From the NCBI GenBank assembly GCA_001949185.1, contig BDGG01000002.1, positions 3,896,448 through 3,960,447 of the forward strand: 64,000 nt of DNA, in the 5' to 3' direction. Shown in pieces: positions 11,126-25,401 of the stretch. The notes under the pieces were generated by a model that saw nothing but the letters and a program-made list of their open reading frames with translations, ran no database searches and was not told the origin of the DNA. The position numbers and the translations under genes were made by a program. The stretch comes from Ramazzottius varieornatus (taxonomy: Eukaryota; Animalia; Tardigrada). The stretch's first letter is position 1. The number at the start of each line of letters is the position of its first letter.

Positions 11126-14100
11126 ATGTCGCTCTCGGCGGCTCGTCTTCCGTTACGATTACTCCTTTCGCGGTGCGAACATCTTCCCGTCAGACAAACC
11201 TTTCTATGGAGCCTGAAGAAGCATGGACAAATCGCGGTGGTCAACTGCAGACCGACTGTTCGACTCTTACACTCCTCGGATGGAAGACAGGACGCTTCGG
11301 CTGCTCAGCTCGCTGCCTTCGTCGTCGACGAGAAAGAAGTGGAGAACCTCAGCAATCCAGAAATCCTAGCTGCAGCCTTTTTCAGAGGGAATGACAACTT
11401 TCCTCTCCGACATATTGGTCCGAGAGAAGAGGAGCGCGATCTCATGCTGAAAACTGTGCAGTGTCGGGTACGTTAGTATACGGTTTTTCGATGTATGCGT
11501 GTGACGTCACGGTACTGTTATGATTGACGTATATATCGTCACTTAGGCTTTCTGACGTCACGGGCAAGTCTAGTCGAACCGTAGCAAATTGGTTTTTTGC
11601 TTTCTGGTGGCGCTACGCTGCTTCTGATCGATAACAATATGATTGTTTCACTGCAGAACTTCGAGGAACTCATACGAAAGACCGTCCCGGAAGATATTCT
11701 GATGAAGGGAGAACTGAAGATGGACCCAGCAATGGGTAAGTTGATCGCCAAGTGTGGTGCAGATTCACAATTTTTGTGTCCGATTTTAAGACTTCTGGGT
11801 TTTAGGGGAGTATGAGCTGTTACAAAGAGCCAAGGAATTGGCTTCTCAGAACGAAATCTGGCGCTCGTACATTGGGTTAGGCTACTACAACTCCCGTGTA
11901 GTCCCTCCAATCCTGCGAAACATCCTCGAGAACCCAGGATGGTACACGCAGTACACGCCGTACCAGCCAGAGATCGCGCAAGGACGTCTTGAAAGTTTGC
12001 TAAATTTCCAAACGATGGTTTCCAGTCTGACAGGGCTGGACGTGGCTAATGCGTCGTTACTTGACGAAGCCACAGCAGCTGCCGAAGCTATGGGCCTGGC
12101 ATTCCGCCAACATTCTGGCAAGCGCCGGAAGTTCTACATGGACGACAGATTACATCCACAGACTATTGCGGTGGTGAAAACACGAACCGAGTAAGTACTG
12201 CGTATACGTCATAATGATAGTTTCTCAGCGTTGTTTATCGACTTTTCGCCCTTGCCAAGTATTGTCAGCTGATGTTTATTGGTGAATGACGTACGTTCCA
12301 TAACTGATAACTTGATCGTCGAACCTAACCAACATTCTTCTATGGAAAATCGTCACGGACTACCATAAAAAAATTTATCAAAGAACACAGTAGAAAAATT
12401 ATATAAAAAACATAGAGTAAAAGTACTATAGGGAAGAATAGAGTAAGTGCAACTTTGGTACGAAATTAGGGGTAATTTTGCAGGCCGCTGGGAATTCAAG
12501 TGAACGTGGGGAATTTTCTCGAGGCTGATTTCTCCGGAAATGAATACTGCGGAGTGCTGTTCCAGTATCCTGATACCGAAGGCCGCATCTTCCATCCTGA
12601 GCAGCTGAAACAGCAGATCCGGACTATTCAGAAACATGGCGTATGTACTCTACTTTTGATCACTTCAGGGCTTGATTTAACTAATCACGAATAGTGATGA
12701 TCGTCGCGATACAGCATTTATCGTTTATGTTATTTTCGTAGACTATAGTGGCATGTGCGACGGACCTGATGGCACTTACACGGATAGTTTCTCCTGGAGA
12801 ACTTGGCTGTGATGTCGCTCTGGGGAACTCGCAACGCTTTGGAGTACCCTTGTTTTTTGGCGGACCGCACGCTGCATTCTTCAGCGTGAAGGACAAGTAC
12901 AAGCGATTGATGCCTGGCCGGATGGTCGGTATTAGCCGGTAAGAATAAAAGTTCCGGTTGCCTTACCGCTCTCGATATTACTCGTACAGCCAAGATACCA
13001 ACTCAACCTTGTGCGTCTTCGCAGGGATCGTCTCGGCTCCGTGGTGTACAGGCTGGCGCTACAAGCCAGAGAACAACACATCCGGCGCGAGAAGGCGACC
13101 AGCAATATCTGCACAGCTCAGGTAAGTTTCTTGTTAACCACCAAGCTCTCTTCTGTAGATTCGTGAATGACTTATGTGGTGGATCGGCGTTATTTGCACC
13201 TGTCTTATTTACCATCCCATCGTGTTTCTTAGGCTTTGTTAGCCAATATGGCTGCCATGTACGCCGTCTACCACGGCCCAGCCGGTCTCCGTCGCATCTC
13301 TGCCAAGATTCACGCTTCCTCCCTCTTGCTTTCTGAGTGCTTCCAGCAATACGGATATCAAATCAGGCACAAGGCTTTCTTCGATACCCTAAAAGTAGGT
13401 ATTCCAGACAGCAACCCTAGCATCTTCGACCGCATTCGTCGAAGAGCTGCTGAGAAGCAGATCAACCTACGCTATTTCGACGACGGAGACGTCGGTGTGT
13501 CCATGGACGAGACGGTTACGCAGAAGGACCTCGAAGACCTCCTGTATGTGTTTGACATTCGTGGCTCCGTGTCCGATATCCTGGGTAGTTTCTTCCCGGG
13601 GAATGTCCACCATAATAACGTGGAACGAATGATGGAGGCCTTGCCTGGGTTGAACCTGCTGAATGGGCAGCATCCTTCACATCGGTTCTCGCCGATACTG
13701 GAGCAAGAAGTTTTCAACAAGTACCACAGTGAAACAGAGTTGATGAGGTACATGAAGAGGCTGGAGAATAAGGATATCTCGTTGGTTCATGCGATGATAC
13801 CGTTGGGATCGTGCACAATGAAACTAAATGCTGCCTCCGAAATGATCGTAAGTCAGGACAGCTTATAACGGAACGTGGGAAAACGATTTGAACCATATTT
13901 TTTTCAAGTGGCGCACATGTTTCACCAATGACAATGAAAACGTGCGCCACCTGAGATGGCCATCTGGTAGAATTAATCTGTCCTCGTCCCAACTAGTGCC
14001 AAAGATATGTGAACGTTCATAATTTCAGCCTTGCTCACTTCCCGGCTTCTCGGATATTCATCCATTTGTCCCACCGGAACAGACAAAGGGATACCAACAG

Positions 14101-15920
14101 CTCTTCCGGGAATTGGAAAGAGACTTATGCGAGATTACCGGCTACGACAAGTTTTCTTTCCAGCCGAACAGGTTAGAATAACTCCCTTGAAACGAAATAC
14201 ACTCTGATCGGTGTAGAGCATGGGAGGCAGATTTAGTTGACAGTTGGAACAGTCTGGGTGGTCTGTTGTAGTGGAGCCGCGGGAGAGTACGCTGGTCTAC
14301 GGACCATCATGGCGTACCTTCAGTCCACCGGAGAAGGTCACCGAAACATCTGCCTCATCCCTGCTTCCGCCCACGGTACCAACCCTGCCTCAGCTCAGAT
14401 GGCCGGTATGAAGGTCGAAGACATTCCCATAACGAAGGTTGGCGCTATCGACCTGGAAGCCCTGAGAGCCAAAGCCGACAAGTTCAAGGACGAGCTGGCT
14501 TGTGCCATGATAACATACCCATCAACGAACGGAATCTTCGAGGACCAAATCAGGTATACTCGTGGCGTGATCACTTCTCATATAAAAATAACAGCTTGGA
14601 ACGTAGACGAGTAAGTACACGGGTAAGATTGTGTTTCTAGCTAAACCGTTGCTTTGTTTCTGCAGAGAAATGTGTCAAATAATACACCAGAATGGCGGCC
14701 AAGTGTACATGGACGGTGCCAACATGAACGCCCTAGTCGGGGTCGCTCGGCCAGGAGACTTTGGCAGTGATGTCTCACATCTGAATCTTCACAAAACCTT
14801 CTGCATTCCCCACGGTGGAGGTGGACCGGGAATGGGTCCTATTGGAGTGTAAGTTACTTCCGGTCTGTACTATGTCCCGACGTTGCAAGTGTGAGACAGT
14901 TTCGTCTACTTCAGGAAAGCCCACCTTGCCCCATTCCTTCCTCAGCATCCATTCCACTACAACGACAACGCTGGAGTTTCTTGTGGTACCATCAGTGCTT
15001 CTCACTTTGGATCGGCCGGCATCCTTCCCATCTCTTGGGCCTATATCAAGATGATGGGAGCGAAAGGTACATTGATACAGTATAAGAGTTGTGGAAAAGT
15101 ATTATACTCGTCATCGGTCCGCTCTCATTATCTGGATTTTTCAGGTCTACGAAGAGCCACGGAAATGGCGATCCTAAACGCGAACTACATGAGCCGGAAG
15201 TTGAATGGTCACTACAAGGTGCTCTGTCGAGGTTCTCAAGGCTATGTTGCCCATGAATTTATCCTCGACTGTCGAGGTTTCAAGAATAGCGCGGGTGTCG
15301 AAGCTGTTGATATCGCCAAACGACTCCAGGATTACGGTAAGTCATCACTTCGCATGAAAGGCCTTCTTGTCATTCGTAGTTGTTTCCGGATCGTCGTCTC
15401 GGGAACGCTGATTTCTGTATTCTCCTGCAGGTTTCCACGCACCAACCATGTCCTGGCCTGTCACCGGAACCTTGATGATCGAACCTACAGAGTCGGAGAC
15501 CCTGGAAGAAATGGACAGATTCTGCGATGCACTCATTCGTAAGTTGACGACATGTTCCAAGGAGACACATTTGTGTGTTTTGCCGTAGGATTTTAGCGTG
15601 TCAATTTGTGTTTTGGTGTAGATATCAGGAAAGAGATTACGGATCTAGAGTCGTTGGGTCCCGAAGAGGCAACTCCAGAAGGTATGACACGCCTGATGAA
15701 TTCCTTAAAGATGGCACCACACACTATGAAGGACATCGGAGCTGACGGAAGCAGCTGGAAGTTGCCCTACTCCATCACCAAGGCTGCCTTCCCCACCAGC
15801 AGAATCAATGCGTCCAACAAAGTCTGGCCTGGATGCGCCAGGGTAGACGACCTCTATGGAGACCAAAACCTTGTTTGCTCATGTCCTCCCATGGAGTCGT
15901 ACACTTCACAACGCAGTTGA
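11126..15920 (+). CDS. GLDC: Glycine dehydrogenase (decarboxylating), mitochondrial P protein
   Basis: Arg/Leu/Ser-rich presequence; [101 protein letters not shown]-lysine SHLNLHKTF; C-terminal [16 protein letters not shown]. Multi-exon. Confidence 0.98.
13869..13990. mobile_element. Palindromic MITE-like element in GLDC intron
   Basis: ggaacgtgggaaaacgatttgaaccatattttttcaagtggcgcac..gtgcgccacctgagatggccatctggtagaattaatctgtcctcgtccc. Confidence 0.8.
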
Positions 15921-16496
15921 TAACCAGTATCTGCCAGTTTCTATCGATTTCCCCTTGAACGTAATCAAGTCGTGACGCACTTCATGTGACACAAAGAGTT
16001 AACTTCTTATCGACGGTTTTTACTTCCATGTTAATCCTTCTCGTAAATTTCCGCACCTTAGAGTTTCATCTGTATCCAACGATGGCGCGAGACCTTTCTC
16101 CGGAGCTCTCGCTTGTACAGCGGGAAATGGGATAAATCAGCCATTGCCCAACTTCGTCAGATTCGAGGTGGCTGCCTGTCTGCTGCTGTCCGCAAACAAC
16201 AAAGTAGGCTTGTGGTCGATCAGCCCGCAGTGTGAAAGATCAACCAATCAACAGGAACTCGATCATTTCTTATTCTGGTTCTATAGGAACCCGATAAAGT
16301 TTCCCTTCTTTTCATTTTAATATTTCATCTCTTTCACGCGCTTTTTCTTCGTAAACCATAGAGCGAAGGAATTACTACAGAAGACTACAATCGTATCGCA
16401 ACAAAAGAGTTCAGATGATACAGTCTGTAAAAGCGACGCTGTGTAAAAACTAAAGAGAAAGCTAGACCATCAGAACGGACCAATCAGTCAATCAAC

Positions 16497-17222
<726 letters not shown>

Positions 17223-17318
17223 TCAGGGAAATTACACAAAGAGCAAAGATGGCTGCTGTGGTGGGTAAACGAGAGAGAAAAGCTGAGCAATGAAACTCTA
17301 GCAGCGCGTTACGTCGGC

Positions 17319-17353
17319 TTTTATACCCGGGCAAAGCCCTTCTGGAACGTTCC
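17319..17353 (-). promoter_or_regulatory. TATA box and heat-shock element of the polyubiquitin promoter
   Basis: TATAAAA on the minus strand at 17325-17319; perfect three-unit HSE cTTCtgGAAcgTTCc at 17339-17353, 13 bp upstream of the TATA box. Confidence 0.85.
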
Positions 17354-18071
17354 AATGATCTCATTCGTCCTCGTTCCGTTGCCAAGAATAAGCCAGATGA
17401 CCGCATTGGTTACGGACGGAACACGTAGCCAGTCAAGAACTGTGCTTGTCATCTGGGTCGGCCTACCAGGAAAATTACACCAGGCGAAGGACGAACGCCT
17501 TTTGTTCTGTGCCCGGATGAGTCAGACGTCACGTTCCGTTTCCGTCTGCCACTGGTAACCTTGTGGTGGTAGGTTGGTCAAGATATCAAATTGATCATTG
17601 TCGATTGTCGAATTTGATTTGATTGCGTATGTACCCGTTCGCCGCGTGTAGAAGCTGGATGATCACCAGCAGAGCGATAGCCACCAGACTGCTGCCTGTG
17701 TTGTCGCCCACTCGACTTGATTGTTTGACTTTGCAGACAGGCGCTAATCAGCTGATTTTTTGTCCTGTGACTCCCTTCCGAAGTTCCGAGTTCCTGTAAT
17801 ATTTTCCAGTTTTGTTCCCAGCGTTCAGGTCGATTCCGGGGTCTCACTTGGACTGTCCGTGGAGAGACAGAAGTCTCGCAGTACTCATACAGAAGTAGTG
17901 GGGAGCACGACAACGATACGACGTTGGGGACAGCGGAAGAAGGACGAACCGGTGATGTAAGTCGTGTTGCGCAGTTTGCTAATCGTTTGGCTCTGCTGTC
18001 TTAACCTACTACATTTTCTGGCAGGTGATGCAAGAAATGTCACTTCGAAGATAGCAAGACAGTAAGGAGCA

Positions 18072-19424
18072 ATGACTATCGGTTGGTTTTTTCGCAAGGA
18101 TGGTTCACCGGAACCCCAGTCGGGGCGACTGCACAGGAGCACCGCGGTCTTCCAGTATACGTGGGAGCAGGTTGTGACTGGATTCTGGCTTCGCTACCCG
18201 AATCCCTTCAGGTGGTTCTCTTCGACGGCACCTGATCGTTCTGTGGTCCAGAGTTAGCACGGTCCTGTGTGACCGAACGTGTTTTATTCGATTTCAGTAC
18301 GCATGTGCTTTCGGAGGATGTGATACAGCGCTACGTGAGTGAAGATGGACTGCTCTTGACCAAGAAGCTCTTGACCAAAACCAGCCGTGTTCCGAAGTGG
18401 GGGGAACGATTTGTGCAAGGACCAACCAACGTGTTCGTGCTGGAAGAGTCGATAGTGGATCCACAAACCAAGACGCTGATTACTTATACGAGGAACCTGG
18501 GCTTCACGAAAATCATGGTAAGCTCGTCAACGCTGCAGTTATATCCTTTCTCAGAAATTTATTCGAAGATTTCGAACTGTTGTTTACAAGTACTACATGA
18601 ACAAGTACTACATGAAGGTTCAGAAGCTAGAAACGTTGAGATTAAAATACGCAACGTTAAAGATGAAGAACAGGTGCAATGGTGGGTGGGTGACTGACTG
18701 GTATTACAACTGGTAAGAGCTGAAAACTCGGGTTGATGAGTTCCATCCATCTTCGCGTACAACGTCACAATACTGAGTATCCGTAACGTCATGCGCGTAA
18801 GTTTGTGGTCTCACTCGCGTTGAGGAATGTCGTTGTGCCATTATGGTCACTGCTAAACAAAGAAGCCGTTTGCACTGCGTGTCAACTATTGAATGTTTCC
18901 GGCTGATAAGATACGGCGATTGTTCGCTGGGATCTTAGCGAAGACTGAAAAAATAACCATGAAGGCTCTGGCGTACCCTCACGATATGGCTTCCGGGTTT
19001 CTGATCTGAAGGAAGCTATGATACCGTATCTTCTGCTTTCTTATTACAGACCGTGGACGAAAAGTGCTGGTACCGGCCTTACCCTGAAGATGCCTCCCTG
19101 ACAGAGCTGACGCGGATAGCCTGTATTGAGTCGCACGTCTTTGGGTTCGCCAAAGCCATCCAGACCTTTGGGATTGAACGGTACAAGCGGAACACGGCCA
19201 AGACGGAAGAAGGTCTTCTACATACGCTAGCTAGGTTGTACCTCTCTTCATCTAACCCGTCTGATGAAAGAACTCCTGGTGGAGTAGTAAACCGGATGGC
19301 TTCGCTAGCCGGTAGGGCGGAAACCATCCGTGGAACCGCGAGGAAAGCGACAGATGTGGCCAGGCTGAAGACTTCGGACTTCCTCCACGCCTCGAAAACG
19401 CCCACTTCACATCCCTCTTCTTGA
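18072..19424 (+). CDS. PRELID1: PRELI domain protein (Ups1/PRELID1 type), mitochondrial lipid transfer
   Basis: Three coding exons: FQYTWEQVVTGFWLRYPNPFS / THVLSEDVIQR..KKLLTKTSRVPKWGERF..VLEESIVDP / VDEKCWY..IESHVFGFAKAIQTFGIERYKRN. The start codon is uncertain. Confidence 0.9.
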
Positions 19425-20517
19425 AAATTTCCAGCTGCTTTTCTGAAAGCCTTCTGCACACACTTTGCTTTTCTAATCAAGATCTTTTGTGTGTGGGTAT
19501 ATTTGAGCCATGATATTTTTTGCTTCGGGTTTTAGGTTTCGGTTTCGTCGGTCCTGTGAGAAATTCCGTCTGCTGTCTGCCATCACGAACCAAATATTGC
19601 AGCAAGATGATATATTTGCCTCTATGGTTTGCTACGTGTATGATTGAGCGAACGTTTTCGCTCGTCTCGACGGATAGAACTATTCGAATAGCGACGAGCT
19701 TGTCAAAATATTATGTGTGGACCTTTTTTTTCCTTGCTGACGTTGGGTTTTCGAGTTATGAAGAGGACTGGTTTGTTTTTTAGCGCTGATTGATAATCGA
19801 GCAAGCAAGCATAATCGGTTATTTACCGTTGCTGTCATGCACCAGATTATACGCTTGCACGGAGTGTATCAGGAGAAGGAAGGAAGCTGATCATGCAAAT
19901 TTTCGGGCATCTCTCTCAATACACATGGCTGACTTGATCCGCTGTGAAGTGGGCGATTTTATCGATTCTTTGATGCTTCTCTTATCGAGGCTCTTCTGGC
20001 CCAAATAGCCTGCTTTACGTGGAAAGTTCCCATTCAGAATGAAAGCAGTTTTCTGACTCGCACAAAGTACCGAGGCCAACCGACGGAGACTGATCGTGAA
20101 GGAGCGCAGGCCGTATGACTGGCCCTTCCTCGTCTGCAGTGGACTAACGAGCGGTCGATTGGCTCGGTCTGTGCAGCCGGAGCCCCGAACCGGCTTTCGA
20201 GCCAAGCCTGGTTCTCGCTGTGTTTTCAGGTGAATATTAAGTTACCGATCGATTCACGGTGGCTCGACCGGGTTGGGTTCCGCTGCGTTTCATCTCTGGT
20301 ATCGATATGCATCGCAGCAGCTAGCCTTTGAAGTTTGATCCACTCATTCCACTGGCAGAGTTTGCAAACACGATTGAGCTCTGTCAGTCGTCAAGAGCAT
20401 CATTTTGCGGTCGGTCCATCATACTACTTTCCTAGCTTCCTCCCCCACTTTTAGTTGCTGCTTCCTGTGACTTCCTGCTGGATTTGGTCGTCGCTGCTTT
20501 CCTGAATCTCCTGCAAG

Positions 20518-21337
20518 ATGTCTACCCGAGGAATCGTCCTGGCGTTTGTCCTCTTGGTCAGCATCATCGGTAAGCAAGAGTCGAGACCTTGAAACGAAAA
20601 ACTTATTTCCGGCAGAGATTTTCGCTAGTCTTCCCTCTATGGCACCATGAAAAGTCTCCTCCGAAATTTCTTTCATTGGTAAAATAATTTCCCTTCGAAC
20701 TCGCGCGACACCCAGCGAAACTTTCCAGGCTGAAATTAATCCTCTTGGGAACTTGTCATATAATCCTTTTGTTGACCGCCATCTTTGTTGTTTGTTTAGC
20801 TGCTGCCACCGCTCTGCGATGCTACAGCTGCTCTCCTCAGGCCGATCCGTCTAAGCAAATCGTTCAGTGTGTTACTGCCGCGGACCCTACGACGTTGAGA
20901 GACTGTGGAAACACCGTCTCCGTATGCTTCAAGACGCGGGTCCAGGTTGGCGGAAGTTCTACCAGTAAGTCTCATGCTCTTCCCTTACAAATAGAGCTGC
21001 CGTCTCTGACGAACCTTCTGCCTTGTTTTTATTAGCTGAGCAGATTACACGTGGATGCGGAAAGTACACTGGAGATGGCTCTCAAGGATTGGGTGACAAC
21101 CAGTGCCAGGATCACGGTAAATTCGTCCTTGGGGTTCTGAATTCCTCTGATTAGTTCTTCAGCTTTTCAAATCTTATCACATGCCAATGGTTTTCTCTTT
21201 GGTCTGCAGACATCAATGGAGTCAAGACCAACATTTGCAACTGCAACACCGATAGCTGCAACGGAGCTGCCAAAATTTCCAGCATGGCCACGGCAATGTC
21301 CATTATCTTTGCTTTGGTTATTGCTAAAATGATGTAA
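20518..21337 (+). CDS. Ly6/uPAR three-finger protein, quiver/sleepless-like, GPI-anchored (paralog 1)
   Basis: 4 exons; signal peptide MSTRGIVLAFVLLVSII; LRCYSC..C..DC..VCFK..TRGC..QC..ICNCNTDSCN (10 Cys); hydrophobic C-terminal tail. Confidence 0.92.
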
Positions 21338-22139
21338 AGCTGAATTTGTTGTACACCTTGACTTCTCTTTTGTGCCATGCTCAGTGTGGTTTCCTTCGGA
21401 ATACTTCCACCATTTTCTTTTTTCCATCGCGTTAATTTGAATAAGCTGCTCTACTAATCATCATACGTTTTGTCAGCCTCGAAAAGTCGTTTCTGTTTGA
21501 AACCATGTGATGCTGTGGGTCAATGCCGAAGATCTGATGTAGGAGTTTGACTTCAACGGCAGGTGGTTCTTCCAATCAGGTGTGCTAGATTGTGGCTGAG
21601 GATGGTGGGTTCGTTTGTATTTTCCACTCTGAAGCTTCGGCACAATCAAATTCTGCTGCTGGCTGGCACAACGATCGGAGTACCTGAGGACTGTTGCGTT
21701 CTCGCCCTTCTTGTTTATCGGAATCATGGAAGTTTAACTGTGACGAATACTGCTTTTTTCTCTGACAATGGTACCCCTTCAGAGACGGTCCGAGACTATC
21801 CGAGTGTACGAATGAAGTTGGTAGAGGCGTACGTACCACCTACGGACTTTCGTCAGGAATGCCCATTCAGCTCTTGACTCTAGAGTTCGCTGCCATTGCG
21901 TTATAGACCACGGGACCAAGTCTCATACGCAGTGCGGCCACGTGGTCAATGGACAAGCAAGGCGCCTACTCTACGGGATACTGCGTTGCGTGATGCAGAA
22001 AAAATCGGCTGGATCTGTATCGATGAGATTCGTGCGAGCATCAGATTCTTGTCTGTGCTTGCCATCCTCTGCGGCTGTCCGCGTTCATCCTCAGCTACTA
22101 CATACTGCCTATGCTTTTTCTTGCTTCCCGGACTGTAAA

Positions 22140-22904
22140 ATGTCTTCCGTCCGAAAGTTTTGTGGCTTCTTGGCGGTGATAGCATGCCTGATTGGTAAGT
22201 CAGTAGCTCGGTTTCTGTTGCGGAATTCAGTGCAATGCAGAAGCAGTCTTTTGCATCAGTAATCGCACAGGTTGGTGGCTACAGTTCGTTCGTCTTCTCA
22301 TTTTTGCAGGATATGCTGCTGGCCTTAGCTGTTACGAGTGCAGTTCCCTGAACAAGCAGACCTGCTCGGCTCCAGCGAAAGAAGCTCTGAAGGACTGCGG
22401 AGCTGGAACGACCATTTGTTACAAATATTACTCCAAGGTCTCGAATGGTAAGCGAATTTCCGTCACTGCCGTTTCGGCGACCATTCATTTTATTTTACGT
22501 TTTATTCGGTGAGATCATCAAAATGAATCATTGTTCTGATGTTTTCCAGTTGAGTCCGTCTCTCGTGGATGCGGGAAGTACAGCGGCCCTGGCGGAAGTG
22601 GAATCGCAGAGAATCAGTGCCAGGAGACCGGTAATCGTGTCATAATATTATGATAATATCACAATATTTCGACGTAACTTTACTTGCTTTTTTATTTCAA
22701 ATCCTTACATTAGGAGGATCAAGGTTGCTGGTTTTAGTCTTCACAGATCCATATGTTTCATTGTTTTTAGTTGTTCAAGGAGTTTCATCAACGGTTTGTA
22801 ACTGCAATACGGATTCATGCAATACTGCGGGAAAAACTGCGAACCTTTCTGTTTGGTTCTTCATAGCCTCTCTAGCTGTTTCTGCTCTTCTAGCTGGCAA
22901 ATAA
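22140..22904 (+). CDS. Ly6/uPAR three-finger protein, quiver/sleepless-like, GPI-anchored (paralog 2)
   Basis: 4 exons with the same intron positions as paralog 1; LSCYECSS..C..DC..ICYK..SRGCGKY..NQC..VCNCNTDSCN; hydrophobic tail. Confidence 0.92.
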
Positions 22905-23650
22905 AAGTGCGTTTTGCCAACAGCGCCATTGAGCATTTTCTCTCCTGTTTGGACCAAAGATTTTCACAAAGGCAGGGACTTCAAACGCGGTGCCTTGTTT
23001 TCTTTTTTCGGCATTAATATTCCAATTTCGGCCTGATGGATCGGTTTTCGACGTCTCTATCGTTTGTGATGTTGTTTGTTAATAATCTATGATTGTCACA
23101 TTGTCGCGGGATGCTTCTTTTCGGTTAAAGTCTACAATTTTACGGCTCCGAGGATTTAGACTTTAAAGCCTCACTGGCGCCAGTGGGTCGTTGTTTTCGG
23201 GTGAAATACAGATTTTATGCGCTTGTTGCGGACAAAGAGCTTCTTTTCTGCCAGAATAGCTCAATACTGAAGGTTTTACGGTGCGTACTATGTCAAGAAA
23301 GTATCTTCGGCTCTTCATGCGGCATTCTTGAGAGCCGGCCGAGAACCAAAGGACGCCATCTGTTCTGTTGCTTCGCGCGTTTTGTTTAAGATTGCGCACT
23401 GCGTCATCGCGGGTGACCTACTTAATATGACGTCAAGCAAACAGCTGGTTTTGATTGTGAATTGATTGCGCAACTTCCGGTTTGTTTCAGACGTTCAGTT
23501 CCGCTACACTTCAGCCTTCACTCTTCAGTGACTTCTTAAGAAGCTAATCGTTTTTTCTCGCCGGCGTCCGCAATCTGCCTCGTGATTCGGTTACCTGGAC
23601 ATTTCTGTTGGAGGAGGACAAACCCAGGCTGGAAGTCTGCTGCAAGAACA

Positions 23651-25401
23651 ATGGCGCTTCCGGTGGAAGAACGATTTATCAACAATCTAACCGTAAGTGC
23701 TCTTATTGGTAGTTCGGCAGGTTCATTTGAACCACATGTTGCTCACCGAGAGTCGAGAGAAGCTAAACTGTAGTGCATATATCTTTGCAGGGAAACGGTT
23801 TGTTCGCAAAGAAGGATTTCACTGTTGGGGAAGTCATCTTCGAGGAACGGCCACTCGTTAGCTGTCAGTTTGCCTGGAACGAAGACTGCGGTTACAAGAG
23901 CTGTGAATACTGTCTTCGACCGCTGGAAAGCGCGCAGGAGAATGCAAGAAGACTCACTGGGCTGCCGGACCTTGTGCTCCCTTTTCCCGAGTACGACGCC
24001 ATTGACAAGTCTCTGCAAGAGACGTGCGATGGTTGTGGAATTACTTACTGCTCACCGTCCTGTAAAGATGAAGCTTTCAGACGCTACCATCAAACCATGT
24101 GCCACAAGAAAGGCCAGTCTCATCCACTAGCTGTCATAAGGGCGTCGTGGAAGGAGATGCACTATCCGCCGGAAAGCATGAACGTAATGATACTCGCGAA
24201 ACTGGCAGCCATGTTCAGGCAAGCCAGTGAAGAGGAACGTTCGGCCTTGTCGAAGATGCTAGCAAGGTTCCAGTCTGGCTTTGCGAGCGCGAATGAAAGT
24301 TTCATCCACCGTATGATGGGACAACAGTTTCAGGTATGTTTCTGTTATGGATAATGGAAGTTCCAGTTTCGTGAGCTGTTTTTCTGATCAACCTCCTTGT
24401 TGGAATTTCAGGCCCAGCTTGAAACGTTAAGGCCGTTGTTCGCAGCTGCATTCCCTGAGATGATCTTTCAAGACTGGTGGACACGGCAGAATTTCCTGTC
24501 CCTCTTTACGGTGTTCGCAAGAAATGCGCAAGGTGTTGGTGTCTCGTAAGTTCCTCCGATCGTTTGTGTACTCCATTCTTGGCTGCAACCTGTTGAACAT
24601 CATCGAGTGGCAAGTTTAGTGCGCAGTGATAATGTAATAGTGAAGTTTTATCCTTTTGCTTTGGATAGGTCTTTCGGGGCCTGGCAGTATGCACTGAGGA
24701 ACAGTTCAACGTTCACGGAAGATGCAAAGACTTTCCTGGATGTAACCTACGTTGCAATCAACGAGAAGACTGGCGAGGAATTCATCGACAACGAAGGCTC
24801 TGGACTATATATTATGCAAAGAGCCTGTAAGACTTTTGAATTCGGTTCACCACACTAATCTGATTTCCGGATAATAACCCGAAGCTTTCCAGTGTAAGAG
24901 AAAGCAACTGCATTTCTTGTGTGTTTTCTGTTTGCAGGTAACCACAGTTGTGATCCGAACACCGAAGTCAGTTTCCTCCACAACGACTCGACGTTAAGCT
25001 TGATCGCTCGCCATCCGATCAAAGTCGGCGAAGAAATTTTTATTAGCTACTTGGATGAATGCACACTGAAGCACAGCCGCCATACACGGCGGAAAATCTT
25101 GAGGTAGGTGAGGTCTGTAACGTCTGGAGACACAGACGAAGGAGGAGGTTCCCACTTCCGACAGTAGCCATATGGCTGACATATCGCCATATTTTCTTCC
25201 ACTTGACTTGCAAAATACAGAGCCACGCTAATGGGAAAATATGTGTGTTCTGCCTTGTTTTGCAGGGAAAACTACCTCTTCGAGTGCCAGTGCCGGTTGT
25301 GCAGCCAACAGGCCGATCAAGCGGACATAACAAGCGACGAAGACGGAGGTGAGGATGACGACTGGAAGTCGGACGATCCCATGGAAGAGGAAGAAGCTTG
25401 A
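23651..25401 (+). CDS. SMYD5: SET and MYND domain lysine methyltransferase 5
   Basis: GNGLFA..IFEERPLVSCQFAWN..CEYCLRPLESAQENARRL, MHYPPES, NEGSGLY, NHSCDPN, ISYLDEC..RRKILRENYLFECQCRLC, acidic tail. Confidence 0.95.

Noticed and set aside
18586-18616. 15-bp tandem duplication acaagtactacatga in a PRELID1 intron
   Set aside because: Ordinary slippage duplication.
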